Shown: positions 30,444-41,358, counted from the first letter of the stretch. The stretch is 60,822 nt of DNA from an uncultured Bacteroidota bacterium (GCA_903919535.1 CAIXIP010000081.1:1-60822); one strand, 5' to 3'. Program-made: numbers and translations. The notes: a model not told the origin generated them from the sequence alone.

Positions 30444-30469
30444 GATTTCTAGTTTTTTAGTTTAAGTTT

Positions 30470-31705
30470 TTAAATTGTAATCTGTTTACCTTTTTTAGTC
30501 ATTTTTGCTGTTACGAATGGAATAGGAATACCTTTAATAAGCATATTCCAATAGATCCATCTGAATGCAAGTTTTCCCATGTGATTTAGTTTGCTTTCTT
30601 TTAAAAGACTTAATGGACCAATAGCAGCGAAGGGGAAACTCCCTTGTACGGGTTCTTGTTCGTAATTAAAATCTATTAATAATGCTTTCCCATTTCCTGT
30701 TTCAATGAAACAGTTGGCGTGGCCATCAAATTCTTCTTTTAGTTCTTTACCTTTTATATAATTTTGAATGTTTTCGGTGAGTATTTCTGCTTCAAAATGT
30801 GCTACAGAACCTGCTTTTGAAGCAGGAATGTTAGATGCATCTCCAATAACAAAAATGTTTTCATTTTCTAACGATTGCAGTGTTGCTTTGTTTGTGGGAA
30901 TAAAATTTAATTGATCACCCATCTCAGATCGTTTTATAAGATCATCACCCATGTTGGTTGGTGTAGTAACCAATAGGTCATATTCAACTTCGGTATCAGC
31001 GTAGTCAATAATCTTATTGTTTTCGTAATCTACTCTATCGATATTAAAATCGATAACCTCTTTAATTCCTTTTTCTTCTAATAAATAATGTAAGGCTGCG
31101 GTTGCTTTCGGTTTTGTGAATGCGCCTGAAAGTGGTGTTACATAAGTAATATCTACTTTGTCTCGCATCCCCTTTTTTCTAAAATAGGTGTCGGCTAAAA
31201 ATGCAAATTCAAGTGGTGCAACGGGGCATTTAATTGGCATTTCAGTAATATGGATAACCAGTTTTCCTCCTTTCCAATCTCGTAATTTGTTTCTTAATGC
31301 AAGCGAACCTTCGTAAGTATAAAAATCGAAAATGTTTTTATGCCAATTCGGGCCATTCATGCCTTCCGTTTCCTGAGGTGCAATTTTTGACCCTGTAGCA
31401 ACAATTAGTAAATCATAAGGTATTGTTTCGTTTTCTAATTGTACTTTATTTTCTTTTGGTAGAATTTTTTCAATCTTTTTTTGAATATAGTTTACTCCTT
31501 TGGGAATAAACTTTTTGCCTTCTTTTTTTACATCCTGCTCTTTATAGATGTCGAAAGGCAAGAATAAAAATCCAGGTTGGTAATAATGAGTTTTGTATTG
31601 ATCAACAATGGTAATATTCCATTCTTGTTTAGGTAATTTAGAAACTAAATGATTTGCCATCATTGTTCCTGATGTTCCTGCTCCAAGTATGATTAAATTT
31701 TTCAT
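30470..31705 (-). CDS. sqr: Sulfide:quinone oxidoreductase-like FAD oxidoreductase
   Basis: GAGTSG, HYYQPG, KCPVAPLE, IGDA, SKAGSVAH, FDGHANCFIETG. Confidence 0.82.
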   Translation of the reverse strand: MKNLIILGAGTSGTMMANHLVSKLPKQEWNITIVDQYKTHYYQPGFLFLPFDIYKEQDVKKEGKKFIPKGVNYIQKKIEKILPKENKVQLENETIPYDLLIVATGSKIAPQETEGMNGPNWHKNIFDFYTYEGSLALRNKLRDWKGGKLVIHITEMPIKCPVAPLEFAFLADTYFRKKGMRDKVDITYVTPLSGAFTKPKATAALHYLLEEKGIKEVIDFNIDRVDYENNKIIDYADTEVEYDLLVTTPTNMGDDLIKRSEMGDQLNFIPTNKATLQSLENENIFVIGDASNIPASKAGSVAHFEAEILTENIQNYIKGKELKEEFDGHANCFIETGNGKALLIDFNYEQEPVQGSFPFAAIGPLSLLKESKLNHMGKLAFRWIYWNMLIKGIPIPFVTAKMTKKGKQITI

Positions 31706-31755
31706 GGTATTTAGGATTATTTTGATTAAAAACTAACTGTAATAATTTGATAGAA

Positions 31756-31763
31756 CAAAATTA
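31756..31763 (-). promoter_or_regulatory. sqr operon -7 box TAATTTTG
   Basis: caaaatta on + strand, 50 nt upstream of ATG 31705. Confidence 0.6.
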
Positions 31764-31780
31764 GATAGCATAAAAAAGAG

Positions 31781-31804
31781 GCTATGTAACAATTGTTACA
31801 TAGC
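31781..31804. promoter_or_regulatory. Perfect 24-bp palindrome GCTATGTAACAATTGTTACATAGC (operator)
   Basis: Self-complementary with no loop; core TGTAAC-N4-GTTACA; centred ~41 nt upstream of inferred TSS. Confidence 0.75.
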
Positions 31805-31932
31805 TCTGAAAATACCGCATGTATTATAACACAGGGTTTTGTGCTAAAAAACAATTCGTTTTTTGCGAAAAAAAATACGAGAAAAGTTTGAAATTTTACC
31901 GAAGAAATATTAGTGTGAAAAAAATCTGAAAA

Positions 31933-32382
31933 TTAGTGTTTTGTCATTTCAATATGTGGAATGTTATCTTCCAGATATTCTTCACTAATTTGAATAAAGC
32001 CAAAGCTTTCGTAGAATTTTTTTAGATATAATTGTGCTCCTATACGAATGGGAGCTGTTCCGTATTTTTGGTTTATTACTTCAATTGACTTTGTCATTAA
32101 TGCTTTCCCAGCACCTGTTCCACGAAGTTTTGGAGAGGAAACAACGCGTCCAATAGAGACTTCTGTAAAAGAGACACCCGGAGGAACAATTCGAGAGTAT
32201 GTAATTAAATTGCCATTTTCATCTCTGCCCATTAAATGCAATGATTTAAGATCTTTTCCATCAGCATCCTGATAAGGACAGTTTTGTTCAACAACAAATA
32301 CTTCCGCTCTTAAGCTCAAAATACTGTATAGCTCTATGTTGGAGAGTTCATCAAATTCTTTAATTTCCCAGGCAATTGTCAT
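31933..32382 (-). CDS. elaA: GNAT N-acetyltransferase, ElaA family
   Basis: LRAEVFVVEQNCPYQD, IGRV, AQLYL..FY, EDNIPHIEM. Confidence 0.9.
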   Translation of the reverse strand: MTIAWEIKEFDELSNIELYSILSLRAEVFVVEQNCPYQDADGKDLKSLHLMGRDENGNLITYSRIVPPGVSFTEVSIGRVVSSPKLRGTGAGKALMTKSIEVINQKYGTAPIRIGAQLYLKKFYESFGFIQISEEYLEDNIPHIEMTKH

Positions 32383-32414
32383 TTATTTCATCTGCTAAAT
32401 AAAAATCGGTTTAT

Positions 32415-32810
32415 TTATTTTATCAGTTTTATCAAATATTTATTTTCCATCCAATCATATAAAATCCATCCCATTGAAGCGCCAAACGTATTAGCTATAA
32501 AATCAAAAATATCTGCACTGCGATCAGTAAACAAGGTTCCTTGCATTATTTCTAGAGAGCCACCGTAAATAATACAAATTAGTAATGCTATAAATTTTGC
32601 TAGTTTTTTTAATTGTGGAAATGCCGACTGCAGTATAAATCCTCGAACAGTCAATAATTGAAGCACAAAGAAGATTCCAGCATGAACAAATTTGTCAAAA
32701 CTTAATAGTTCTAAAAAAGAAATATGCGGAATATCCTTACCAGGAATTCCGCATAATATTAATATGAGCAATGCCCAAAGCATTGCCCATTTGGTGTGTT
32801 TTAAAAACAT
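32415..32810 (-). CDS. VanZ family membrane protein
   Basis: DKFVH, EIMQ, RSADIFDFIAN..G. Confidence 0.88.
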   Translation of the reverse strand: MFLKHTKWAMLWALLILILCGIPGKDIPHISFLELLSFDKFVHAGIFFVLQLLTVRGFILQSAFPQLKKLAKFIALLICIIYGGSLEIMQGTLFTDRSADIFDFIANTFGASMGWILYDWMENKYLIKLIK

Positions 32811-32870
32811 TTTTGTTGCTTTATTGTTATCAGTGATTTATTGTTTTACAATTAAGCAATTAAGCATTTA

Positions 32871-33251
32871 TTAGTGTCCGATCAATGTTTTATAATCAGC
32901 AACACTTAACAAATGATTTAGTTCACTAGCATCTTTCATTTCCACTTTAATCATCCATCCTTCTCCATAAGGATCTTTATTTACAGATTCAGGGTTTGTT
33001 TGTAAACCTGGATTTACTTCCAATACTTTTCCTGAAATAGGCATAAATAAATCAGAAACAGTTTTCACTGCTTCAACTGTTCCGAAAATTTCTTCGTGAG
33101 CCAATTCTTCTCCTTCAGTTTCAATTTCTACATAAACAATATCGCCCAATTCGCCTTGAGCGAAATCAGTAATTCCAATGTATGCAACATTGCCTTCCAC
33201 ACGAACCCATTCGTGATCTTTAGTGTACTTTAAGTTTTCAGGAAAATTCAT
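32871..33251 (-). CDS. gcvH: Glycine cleavage system H protein
   Basis: YTKDHEW, GITDFAQ..LGD, VEAVKT lipoyl Lys, DPYGEGW. Confidence 0.97.
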   Translation of the reverse strand: MNFPENLKYTKDHEWVRVEGNVAYIGITDFAQGELGDIVYVEIETEGEELAHEEIFGTVEAVKTVSDLFMPISGKVLEVNPGLQTNPESVNKDPYGEGWMIKVEMKDASELNHLLSVADYKTLIGH

Positions 33252-33280
33252 AATTTGATTTTTTAAATTAGTAATGTTGG

Positions 33281-33288
33281 CAAATTTA
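33281..33288 (-). promoter_or_regulatory. gcvH -7 box TAAATTTG
   Basis: caaattta on + strand 29 nt upstream of ATG. Confidence 0.55.
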
Positions 33289-33409
33289 TATTTATTTCAA
33301 TAATAAAATAATGATTATAATAATAAATTATTGAAATAGGTTAAAAATTGAATAAAATTAGGTCTTTTGAAGGCTATTTCTTTTAGAATAAAAATCGTTA
33401 AAAACACCT

Positions 33410-36400
33410 TTAGTTATTCAGCATCAATCTTAAGCTAACTCCGGCATTAGTGTTAGTGGAAGGGAATGATGATGAAATAACAGGTTTGTTAATGATGCGA
33501 TCATAAAATACACGAATATTGATACGTTCGCTAATCACATAATCTGCCGCTACTTTTATCGAAATAATATTTGTTCCGCCAGTTGATTGACTTACACCTT
33601 CAACAATTCGTCTCATAACTGTTTCATTTTTACGGAATGAAAGATCAAGTTTCAAATTCAGATCGCTTTTGATTTGTTTTCCTTTTATTGTTATTTTTTT
33701 ACCCATTGATAAATTCTTTATGCGGTATCCGGTTCCACCAATTATCTCCCGACCAACCACTTCTGTAACTGTTCGGCTAGTCAAACCAAGGGACAAGTTT
33801 CTATCCTTTTTGTATTCAAAAGTTAATAAAATACTGTTATTTAAAGTCATATCCAGTTTTATCAAAGGGCTCCACTGTTCTGAAATGGTAATTGTGTTAA
33901 TAGCGTTTTGAGATAAAAAATTAGGGTTGCCGGTAATACTTGAAACTGTTTCCTTTATTGCAGTAAATCCATCTTTATTTCCATTTGCATCTTCGTCAAT
34001 AAATAAAAGATTTGACTGGTATCCTCCAACACTGTATGTCGAACGGTAAGCATGACTCAACGTAAATGATTTGAAATATTTTTTTATTGCCTCAATTTTT
34101 GATAATCCATCATAAGTTGCTCTCCAGTTTGGTAACGGAATTTTCGGGAAGGCACTTAAGGTTGAGTTGTTTGTATTCTTCCCTGCATAAGCTGCTAAGA
34201 ATGCTGGAATCAATACATCTTGTGATGTGGCGTTATATCCGTCTGCAAAACCGTTAATAGATCCGTTTGAATTCGGATTTTTTGCACCTAATCGAGCAGA
34301 AATATTAGCCCTGTCATCTAAAAATGTTTGAAATGTTTTCTCTCTATCTTTTACAAAAGAGGTGCGAAACGCCATATACGACATGCTAAAATTACCAGTT
34401 GTGATTGGTGATTGTCCTTTAAAATGATCAACTACGGAACCGTCTCTCAGTGTGTCATTTAGTGTCCATCTAAAAAATTCGCTATTGTTTTTTGCTTCAG
34501 TTCGGGTTGCCGTTAATTCAATTTTAAGATCAGGCAAAGGTTCTAAATTTGCACGGATATTCAAGTTGTTACTACTTGTTGTTGCATAGGGAGTATTTAC
34601 GGAAGGTGTTTTTACTAACCAGTCGTTATTTGGATTATTATCTTCTGTAGTTGCGATTGCTTGATCACGGATATCTTTTTGGCTACCAAAAATAAAACCA
34701 GCTGTTGGCCCTTGAAAATTACTTCCCATTCCCATTAAATGCGTTGATTGAGCATAACCAGGTAATATGGTTCCATTTGTCATGGAGTAGGTTGCAGTAA
34801 CATTTTTCGCGCTCATCAATATGCGGGCAAGGTATTCAAGTACCACGTAATTGTTTTCTTTTTCCTTTTTTGTAGTATCTTTTTGATTTTTAGGAGCAGA
34901 GTTTTTTAATGCTGTAATAGATTTTCCTGTTTTTGTGTTTTGCTGATTTTTATTGCTGCTTTTTTGATTTATTTTTTTCAAATAAGGTACTTTATTATAT
35001 AAGGTCACCATATTTAACTGTCCGTTCAATTGTATGTTACGTGAATTTTGAATCGTATTTCCCAATGTGTCGGCTCCCATCGGAGCTCTCTGCCAGCTGT
35101 AAGTGCCAGAGTAACGAACAGAAGCCGTTGTGAAGTCAAGCAATGGCAATTTATTAATAGGAATATTGTAATTAATATTTACCTGATGATTGTATTGAGT
35201 TGTGTTTCCCAGTTTCAGTAAATTGTTTTGAATTGTATCTTTCTTTTCTTTGGTATCAATTAAACCGGCTGGTTCTAAGATGCGGTTTTCGTTATTTGCA
35301 GTAAAATCGAGCTTTAATGATTTGGTGATATCATATTTAAAATCATAAGAACGATTCATACTAAAATGTTTATTGTAGGTAGGAACAATAAGCATATCAC
35401 CACCTGTAGTGTTCCTGTTTTTTGTTTCGCTGAAATCTCTTGCTACGTCTGTCGAAAAGCCTAATTTATTTGGCAATAAATAAAAGTTAACATCCTTAAT
35501 TAATTGTAAATATTTTGATTGGAAAATTTTTGTTTTTGCGAACGGTTTATAGTTTTTCGGTGTTGGTGCAAAATTATACATCAAGCCGCCATGATGATTT
35601 TTTTGATTGGCGTATTCAAGAGTCGAATTATGATGATTTAACTCACTGTATGAATATGATGCAGCCCAATTTTCCACGTCATAAACATGGCTCTTTTTCG
35701 AGTTTTTTCCTTTGTCTTTTTTTACATTCGTAAAATTGATGCTATTCCGTTTTGTATAATCCTGTGTCACTTGTTTTAATGAATCTCTTACATGTTTAGG
35801 AATAGTAGGGTCTTTTAATGTCGGAGCTAAAAGAATATCCGGATCAAGAGGATTGTATTGTGGTGTGATCAATTGTTCTGAGTAGCCAATATACATTGGA
35901 ACGTGAATGTTAGATTCCTTAGGTAAAAACTTTCCTAATTCTAAACTTGATGAAATGTCATATTGTTTTCCTGTTTCTTTTTTTCGTTCTGTGATTTTAT
36001 TTTCAATGCTACCAAAACCTGGAGTATACATACTTCCTGATACAGAAAGTGTTCCTAAATCTGCTAATTTTGCAGTTACTCGTGCATTTGCTGCCCATCC
36101 GCCTTTTTCATCGAAATCACTTAAACGTAATTCGTTTACCCAAATCTGAGCACATTTTGGTAACCCGTCATCATCAAGTCCTGGGCCCATCTTTTTAGGG
36201 TTTTTAATCCCAATCATGATAGTTTTGATAGCACTTAAATTAGGATTTCCTTTTACAACAATAGTTCTGCTGTCGTCCGAAACCTCATATTCAGAGGCAA
36301 GTGTTACACCTGATCCATTGAAAATATCAATGTTTCGTTTTTGTTTTGCATTTTGTAATTTTTCAAACTCCAATATCATTTCATTAGCTAATGGCCATAC

Positions 36401-39400
36401 TTTATATTGGTCGTCAAGGTTGCTACCATTGTAATTTCCGGGTGCTGTAATTTGTAAGGGAATTTCATATTCGTAATAGTTATCTGTATAATCAGTTCCT
36501 AAACGAATAAAAAGTTTTAGGTCATTATTGTTTAATATTTCATTCACATTTGCTGATGCTTCAGCATGAACATACATTTTTAATTTTTTATATGAGCGAA
36601 CATCCAGACTAGTGTTTTTATATGCTGCGCGAGATTTACCATCTTCTAAATTACAAACAGTGAGCGACATTGCTTGTTCATTCATTTGAATTAAATTAGC
36701 AGATGCAGCGTTAATCTCCCGTTCAATATTTGGCGGTAAAACATAATTGACAGGTTGTTTACTGCCGTTTTCTTCAATGTTTACTGCTGATATATCGAAT
36801 TGAGTATTCGCATCATCATTAGGAATATATAATCCTGGCTCTAAAAGGTCAAAACCGTATTTACGCCATTCGCCACGCACCAATTCAAGTTTAGCAAAAC
36901 GCAAAATAATTGGCTTGTCAACATTTTTATAAAACATCCGGATAAAGCGTATCGATTGAAAATTTTCGATTGGACCCACTTTTGATTCTGGTGTTTTTAA
37001 AGGAATTTTAAACTGATACCAGGTGATTGGTTTTGAGGTTCCATCCTTAATATTTTGACCTGTAGTGTGAAAAACATCAGTGATATAATTGCTTCCAACG
37101 CCACCTGCAAAATCACTTGGTTTTAATCCGATGTGATATTGAAAATAACTCTCAACAGTACTTAAATTGTTATCGTGGTTGATATCTTCAGTGTTCGGAA
37201 TAGTAGTAGATGAAGTAGGGTAATTTCCCGAAGTAATAGGGGAATTACCTTCCATGCCATTATACTTTTTATAACGTTCCAGTGTTTTTACTCCAGCAGC
37301 ATCGTAATCACTTCCTCTGAAATAATGAAAGTCGTCAGCGGAAGGGTCTCCGTTAATATTTGCAAAGACATTAGGAGTAACTATAAGTTGAGCTTTTGCT
37401 AAAAAACTATTGAAATAACTTTGTTCACCACCTAAATTTAATCCATCTAATCCAATATCTTGAGAGGGTCTATCATTTGGGTCACTGTTAAATGCATTTA
37501 CTAATGATTGTGTTGTAGGAATTAAACCCCAAACGGTACTGTCTACAGGAAGATTAAGGCCGTTGTTTTGTGCTTGTGTACTTGGCGCTGGTAAAACATT
37601 TTCAGCGCTTTTATATGAATCACGCAATACGTCTTCAGAAATATTTCCAACATTAAAATATAAATCACCGGTCGAATTCCAGTTTCCTGCCGGATTGTCA
37701 CTATTGAAAGGATCCATCACCCAGAATTGAATATATTCAATGTTTGCAGCTTCAAAATCGTTTGTTTGAACGGATCGAGTGACACCACCCCAGCGGGTTT
37801 CCGGATTCTTTAACGAACCATCAGTTTCTAAACCGGAAGAAATAACTGTAGGGTTTGAATCATAATTGTATGGACCGCGTTCATTTGGATAATACGCCAA
37901 ATCAAGTGTTGCAAGCGGAGTTACCTGCCCACTTTGAGAAGGTTTATTCGGGAAAACTTCAGTTTCAGGGATTTCACGTGCAAAATTGTTTGACATATCT
38001 GCATTGGAAATATTGCCCGGAGTTAAACCAGATGTTTGTCTTAAGAATAAAGGATCAATCACATACCATGCTAATTTTGCGCGGTTAAAACCATACGCTA
38101 AACTGTTTGATGAATCTCCTTCAGGAAACATACTTGGTTGTCCTTGTGGTGTGCTTGCAAGATTCCATGCTGCCTGTGATTTAAGATCAATGGTAGATTG
38201 GCTGCCTTCAAAATCATCAAGATAAGAATTTCCGCTTTTTCCAATTGCTTTGCTGTGACCGGGAATAAGATATGCAAATTCTCCAGCTGCAGTAATTGTA
38301 CTCATTTCCTTAGTTTCGATAAGCGGGATTTTATCTATCCATCGAGTAAGGAAAGGCGCTTCGGTTCTATAATTTCCATCTAATCCCCAAATAGTATTGG
38401 AAATAGGCTCATCCCCAATGTTTACTTTTTTGGTCATTGGACGCTCCGTAAGGTTCATGATGGTTCCGCCAATATTGAAATCTTTATTGATCTTATAATC
38501 AAAATGAGCAGCTGTCAAACGTTTTGTTTGGATTGCAAAAAGTGAATTACTTTCAGTAGAGATCTTGATAGGAGTTCCTGAATTTAAAATCCCTTCATTA
38601 ATAATTTTTACCCGCCCCAAAGCATAATCTACGGTATAATCAACGTTTTCGGTCAGCTGAACTCCTCCCGCAGAAACGGTTACAGAGCCTTGAGGTACAT
38701 TGGGCGCACCTAACGAAATTTCTGAACCTGAAGCTGATTTATATGTTCCTTTTAATTTATAACGATTCACTTGCGGGAACATTTGAGCGGATGTTCGGGT
38801 GGAATCATATAATTGTTGAAATACATATTTATTCGCTTCTGTTGGAGAACAAAGAGGGTCGAATTTTACAAACAGGTCGCTTCCAAAAGGTTCAATAACA
38901 GGAAAAATAACACGTCCGTTATTCGCATTAATGGTAACACCATCAATAAAATCGAAAACCCCATCTGGAGTATGATCCATCTGTTGGTTCAACTTATCCA
39001 AACTAACAACTTGAATTAAAGGTTTTGATATAATTAAATTTTGACAAGAGGTGACCGGTAAATAATTAATATCAGTTCCAGTTTGTGAATTGGTGTATAA
39101 TATATCTAATTTAAAATCTTGTGGATTAATTTGGTAAGCCCCAATTGAATAAATATTTTTCATCATCAAGTCCCACATCGGATGCTTGGTGTTATTAGCA
39201 GAGCTCTTCAGCATCTTTGTATACATTACCTGATTTGTTGCAATGCCACCGTCAGAAAACTCACCTACATTATAGGTGTTCCCATTATAGGTATATTGAT
39301 AAGCAACAGAAAGAACCTGATCTGGATTTAATGTTTGATTCAATGAAATAAAGCCAAGTTTTGAATTCAAGGTATATTCTGAAGGTTGTAATTTTCTGGC

Positions 39401-40753
39401 ATTAAATTTTTCGAAATTAATTTGCTCCTTCATTGTGCTTCCTGAAATTGATTTTATCGTGGAAACACTTGTATTAGGTGTTCTTACAGATGCATTGTTT
39501 TTGATATGGAGATATAGGTCATTTTGATCATTGAATGGCAACGCACCTGCTGTAGCATCCAAAATATAACTCTGGTCAGCAGGTACATGTATTGCATCTT
39601 CTGCAAGTTCTGAAAAGCCAACCATATCACGGGTGTCAGTTGTTGAATTGTTGCTGTTTGAGATCCAGACTTCTATTCTACTGATGTTGATTCCTGAATT
39701 TACAAAAGGCAAATTTGCTAATGCCGAATTATATTGATCACGGAAATACTGCCCAAGAAAAAAATGTTTATTTGCTTCGTATGCATCACCTGCTACTTCA
39801 AAATTACTTACTTGTGCACCCCCCGTAACTTCAACTTCAGATTTTTTCCCTTTTTGTTGTGAAAATAAACTGGTAACAGTCAACCTGCCAAATTGCAATT
39901 GTGTTTTTATTCCAAACAATGTTTGACTACCGGTAATCAATGAACCAGTCAAAGGCATACTCACATTTCCTGCTTCAATTTTTTTGATGATCTCATCTTC
40001 ATAGCCGGTGTACTCCAATTTCATTTGATTTTCAAAATCAAATGTTGCTTCGGTATTATAGCTGGTTGTAAGTTTTAATTTGTCTCCGATTTTTCCAACA
40101 ACATTTAATTGAATTTTTTCGTTAAAATCGAATGTGTTTACTTTACGCTGTTTTAAAGGTAGAGCAGGGTTGTCAGTTTTTGTTCCGTTGTAAGCAAAAA
40201 TTAATTCGGCAGAACCATTCGGTCGAATATCAACTGTATTGCCGCCAAAAATTCGATCAAAAATTTCTCCACCAACATGTAATTTTGGAATAATTGCATT
40301 GCTCTGATTGTTTTGTGATTCGGCATGTGAGCGGGCATTCCAATAATTTTTAACTTGTTTCCTAAACATGTAGTCCTGATATTCCTGACTATCCATATAA
40401 GTTTCCGGGCGATAATTAATTCCACCCATGTGTTGACTTATTTCATAGTTTCCTGTAGTAGGGTCGTATTGAACATCAGTAGCAATGTTAGAAGGGTTAT
40501 TTAACATCAAACCACCTGAATTAGGATAGTTTAATGGGTCACCTGTGGATTGATCTTGAAAATTATAAGGAAGAGTAATGGGTGTTATTTCTTCATCTGT
40601 TTTAGGAGTATCGATAGCAACAAGTGCACGATCTGCTTCCACTTCTTTAGCGAAATTATAGGAACTTATTTTTGCATCAGAATTAATAATGATGCTTAGT
40701 AAGACTGAAGAAACAGCGCCAACAAAAAGATATTTTGAAAATGATCTAGCCAA
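33410..40753 (-). CDS. sprA: T9SS translocon SprA (Sov)
   Basis: 2447 aa; FDRIFGGNTVDIRPNG, FDFENQMKLEY, DDFEGS, WVNELR; between ruvA and gcvH. Confidence 0.96.
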   Translation of the reverse strand: MARSFSKYLFVGAVSSVLLSIIINSDAKISSYNFAKEVEADRALVAIDTPKTDEEITPITLPYNFQDQSTGDPLNYPNSGGLMLNNPSNIATDVQYDPTTGNYEISQHMGGINYRPETYMDSQEYQDYMFRKQVKNYWNARSHAESQNNQSNAIIPKLHVGGEIFDRIFGGNTVDIRPNGSAELIFAYNGTKTDNPALPLKQRKVNTFDFNEKIQLNVVGKIGDKLKLTTSYNTEATFDFENQMKLEYTGYEDEIIKKIEAGNVSMPLTGSLITGSQTLFGIKTQLQFGRLTVTSLFSQQKGKKSEVEVTGGAQVSNFEVAGDAYEANKHFFLGQYFRDQYNSALANLPFVNSGINISRIEVWISNSNNSTTDTRDMVGFSELAEDAIHVPADQSYILDATAGALPFNDQNDLYLHIKNNASVRTPNTSVSTIKSISGSTMKEQINFEKFNARKLQPSEYTLNSKLGFISLNQTLNPDQVLSVAYQYTYNGNTYNVGEFSDGGIATNQVMYTKMLKSSANNTKHPMWDLMMKNIYSIGAYQINPQDFKLDILYTNSQTGTDINYLPVTSCQNLIISKPLIQVVSLDKLNQQMDHTPDGVFDFIDGVTINANNGRVIFPVIEPFGSDLFVKFDPLCSPTEANKYVFQQLYDSTRTSAQMFPQVNRYKLKGTYKSASGSEISLGAPNVPQGSVTVSAGGVQLTENVDYTVDYALGRVKIINEGILNSGTPIKISTESNSLFAIQTKRLTAAHFDYKINKDFNIGGTIMNLTERPMTKKVNIGDEPISNTIWGLDGNYRTEAPFLTRWIDKIPLIETKEMSTITAAGEFAYLIPGHSKAIGKSGNSYLDDFEGSQSTIDLKSQAAWNLASTPQGQPSMFPEGDSSNSLAYGFNRAKLAWYVIDPLFLRQTSGLTPGNISNADMSNNFAREIPETEVFPNKPSQSGQVTPLATLDLAYYPNERGPYNYDSNPTVISSGLETDGSLKNPETRWGGVTRSVQTNDFEAANIEYIQFWVMDPFNSDNPAGNWNSTGDLYFNVGNISEDVLRDSYKSAENVLPAPSTQAQNNGLNLPVDSTVWGLIPTTQSLVNAFNSDPNDRPSQDIGLDGLNLGGEQSYFNSFLAKAQLIVTPNVFANINGDPSADDFHYFRGSDYDAAGVKTLERYKKYNGMEGNSPITSGNYPTSSTTIPNTEDINHDNNLSTVESYFQYHIGLKPSDFAGGVGSNYITDVFHTTGQNIKDGTSKPITWYQFKIPLKTPESKVGPIENFQSIRFIRMFYKNVDKPIILRFAKLELVRGEWRKYGFDLLEPGLYIPNDDANTQFDISAVNIEENGSKQPVNYVLPPNIEREINAASANLIQMNEQAMSLTVCNLEDGKSRAAYKNTSLDVRSYKKLKMYVHAEASANVNEILNNNDLKLFIRLGTDYTDNYYEYEIPLQITAPGNYNGSNLDDQYKVWPLANEMILEFEKLQNAKQKRNIDIFNGSGVTLASEYEVSDDSRTIVVKGNPNLSAIKTIMIGIKNPKKMGPGLDDDGLPKCAQIWVNELRLSDFDEKGGWAANARVTAKLADLGTLSVSGSMYTPGFGSIENKITERKKETGKQYDISSSLELGKFLPKESNIHVPMYIGYSEQLITPQYNPLDPDILLAPTLKDPTIPKHVRDSLKQVTQDYTKRNSINFTNVKKDKGKNSKKSHVYDVENWAASYSYSELNHHNSTLEYANQKNHHGGLMYNFAPTPKNYKPFAKTKIFQSKYLQLIKDVNFYLLPNKLGFSTDVARDFSETKNRNTTGGDMLIVPTYNKHFSMNRSYDFKYDITKSLKLDFTANNENRILEPAGLIDTKEKKDTIQNNLLKLGNTTQYNHQVNINYNIPINKLPLLDFTTASVRYSGTYSWQRAPMGADTLGNTIQNSRNIQLNGQLNMVTLYNKVPYLKKINQKSSNKNQQNTKTGKSITALKNSAPKNQKDTTKKEKENNYVVLEYLARILMSAKNVTATYSMTNGTILPGYAQSTHLMGMGSNFQGPTAGFIFGSQKDIRDQAIATTEDNNPNNDWLVKTPSVNTPYATTSSNNLNIRANLEPLPDLKIELTATRTEAKNNSEFFRWTLNDTLRDGSVVDHFKGQSPITTGNFSMSYMAFRTSFVKDREKTFQTFLDDRANISARLGAKNPNSNGSINGFADGYNATSQDVLIPAFLAAYAGKNTNNSTLSAFPKIPLPNWRATYDGLSKIEAIKKYFKSFTLSHAYRSTYSVGGYQSNLLFIDEDANGNKDGFTAIKETVSSITGNPNFLSQNAINTITISEQWSPLIKLDMTLNNSILLTFEYKKDRNLSLGLTSRTVTEVVGREIIGGTGYRIKNLSMGKKITIKGKQIKSDLNLKLDLSFRKNETVMRRIVEGVSQSTGGTNIISIKVAADYVISERINIRVFYDRIINKPVISSSFPSTNTNAGVSLRLMLNN

Positions 40754-40770
40754 AATTTATAAAAACTATT

Positions 40771-41358
40771 TTAAAGATTCTTAAGTGCTGATTTAATAAG
40801 TTGTTCCACTGTTTGACCTGTTCCCTCTGTTCTGATAATTTTATCGAGCGCTTTATCTGCCGTTAATTTATTGAATCCTAACATCACAAGTGCAGATAAC
40901 GCTTCTTCTTTCAAAGTATTGTTTGCCGTGCTAAAAAAATCGGAGGCTATTTCGCCTTTTCCCATTTTGTCTTTCAAATCGACAATAATACGCTGTGCAG
41001 TTTTTTCACCAATGCCTTTTACACTTTTAATAAGTGCAACATTGCCAGTTACTATTGCATTTTGAATTTCAATAGCGCTTAATGACGAAAGCATTAATAA
41101 AGCACTTGTTCCGCCAACTCCTGATACCGAAACTAAGTGGCGGAATAAATTACGTTCAGCAATATCTGCAAAACCAAAAAAACGAGGCATGTCGTCCCTC
41201 ACATACATTTGTTCGGTAAACAACTTGCATTTTTCTGTCTCACCAATTTTAGAAAAGGTGTTTAATGAGATTTGCATTACGTATCCGACTCCCGCAACAT
41301 CAATAACGGCATACGTTGGTGTTTTTTCAACTAACTTTCCTTCAATATGATAGATCAT
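40771..41358 (-). CDS. ruvA: Holliday junction branch migration protein RuvA
   Basis: GVGY, VSGVG, VKGIGEKTAQRI, EALSALVMLGF. Confidence 0.96.
   Translation of the reverse strand: MIYHIEGKLVEKTPTYAVIDVAGVGYVMQISLNTFSKIGETEKCKLFTEQMYVRDDMPRFFGFADIAERNLFRHLVSVSGVGGTSALLMLSSLSAIEIQNAIVTGNVALIKSVKGIGEKTAQRIIVDLKDKMGKGEIASDFFSTANNTLKEEALSALVMLGFNKLTADKALDKIIRTEGTGQTVEQLIKSALKNL

Noticed and set aside
32383-32391. ATG-AAA-TAA minigene just before elaA (another at 45116-45124)
   Set aside because: A-rich 9-mers are common here and match the ordinary Bacteroidota A-rich initiation context
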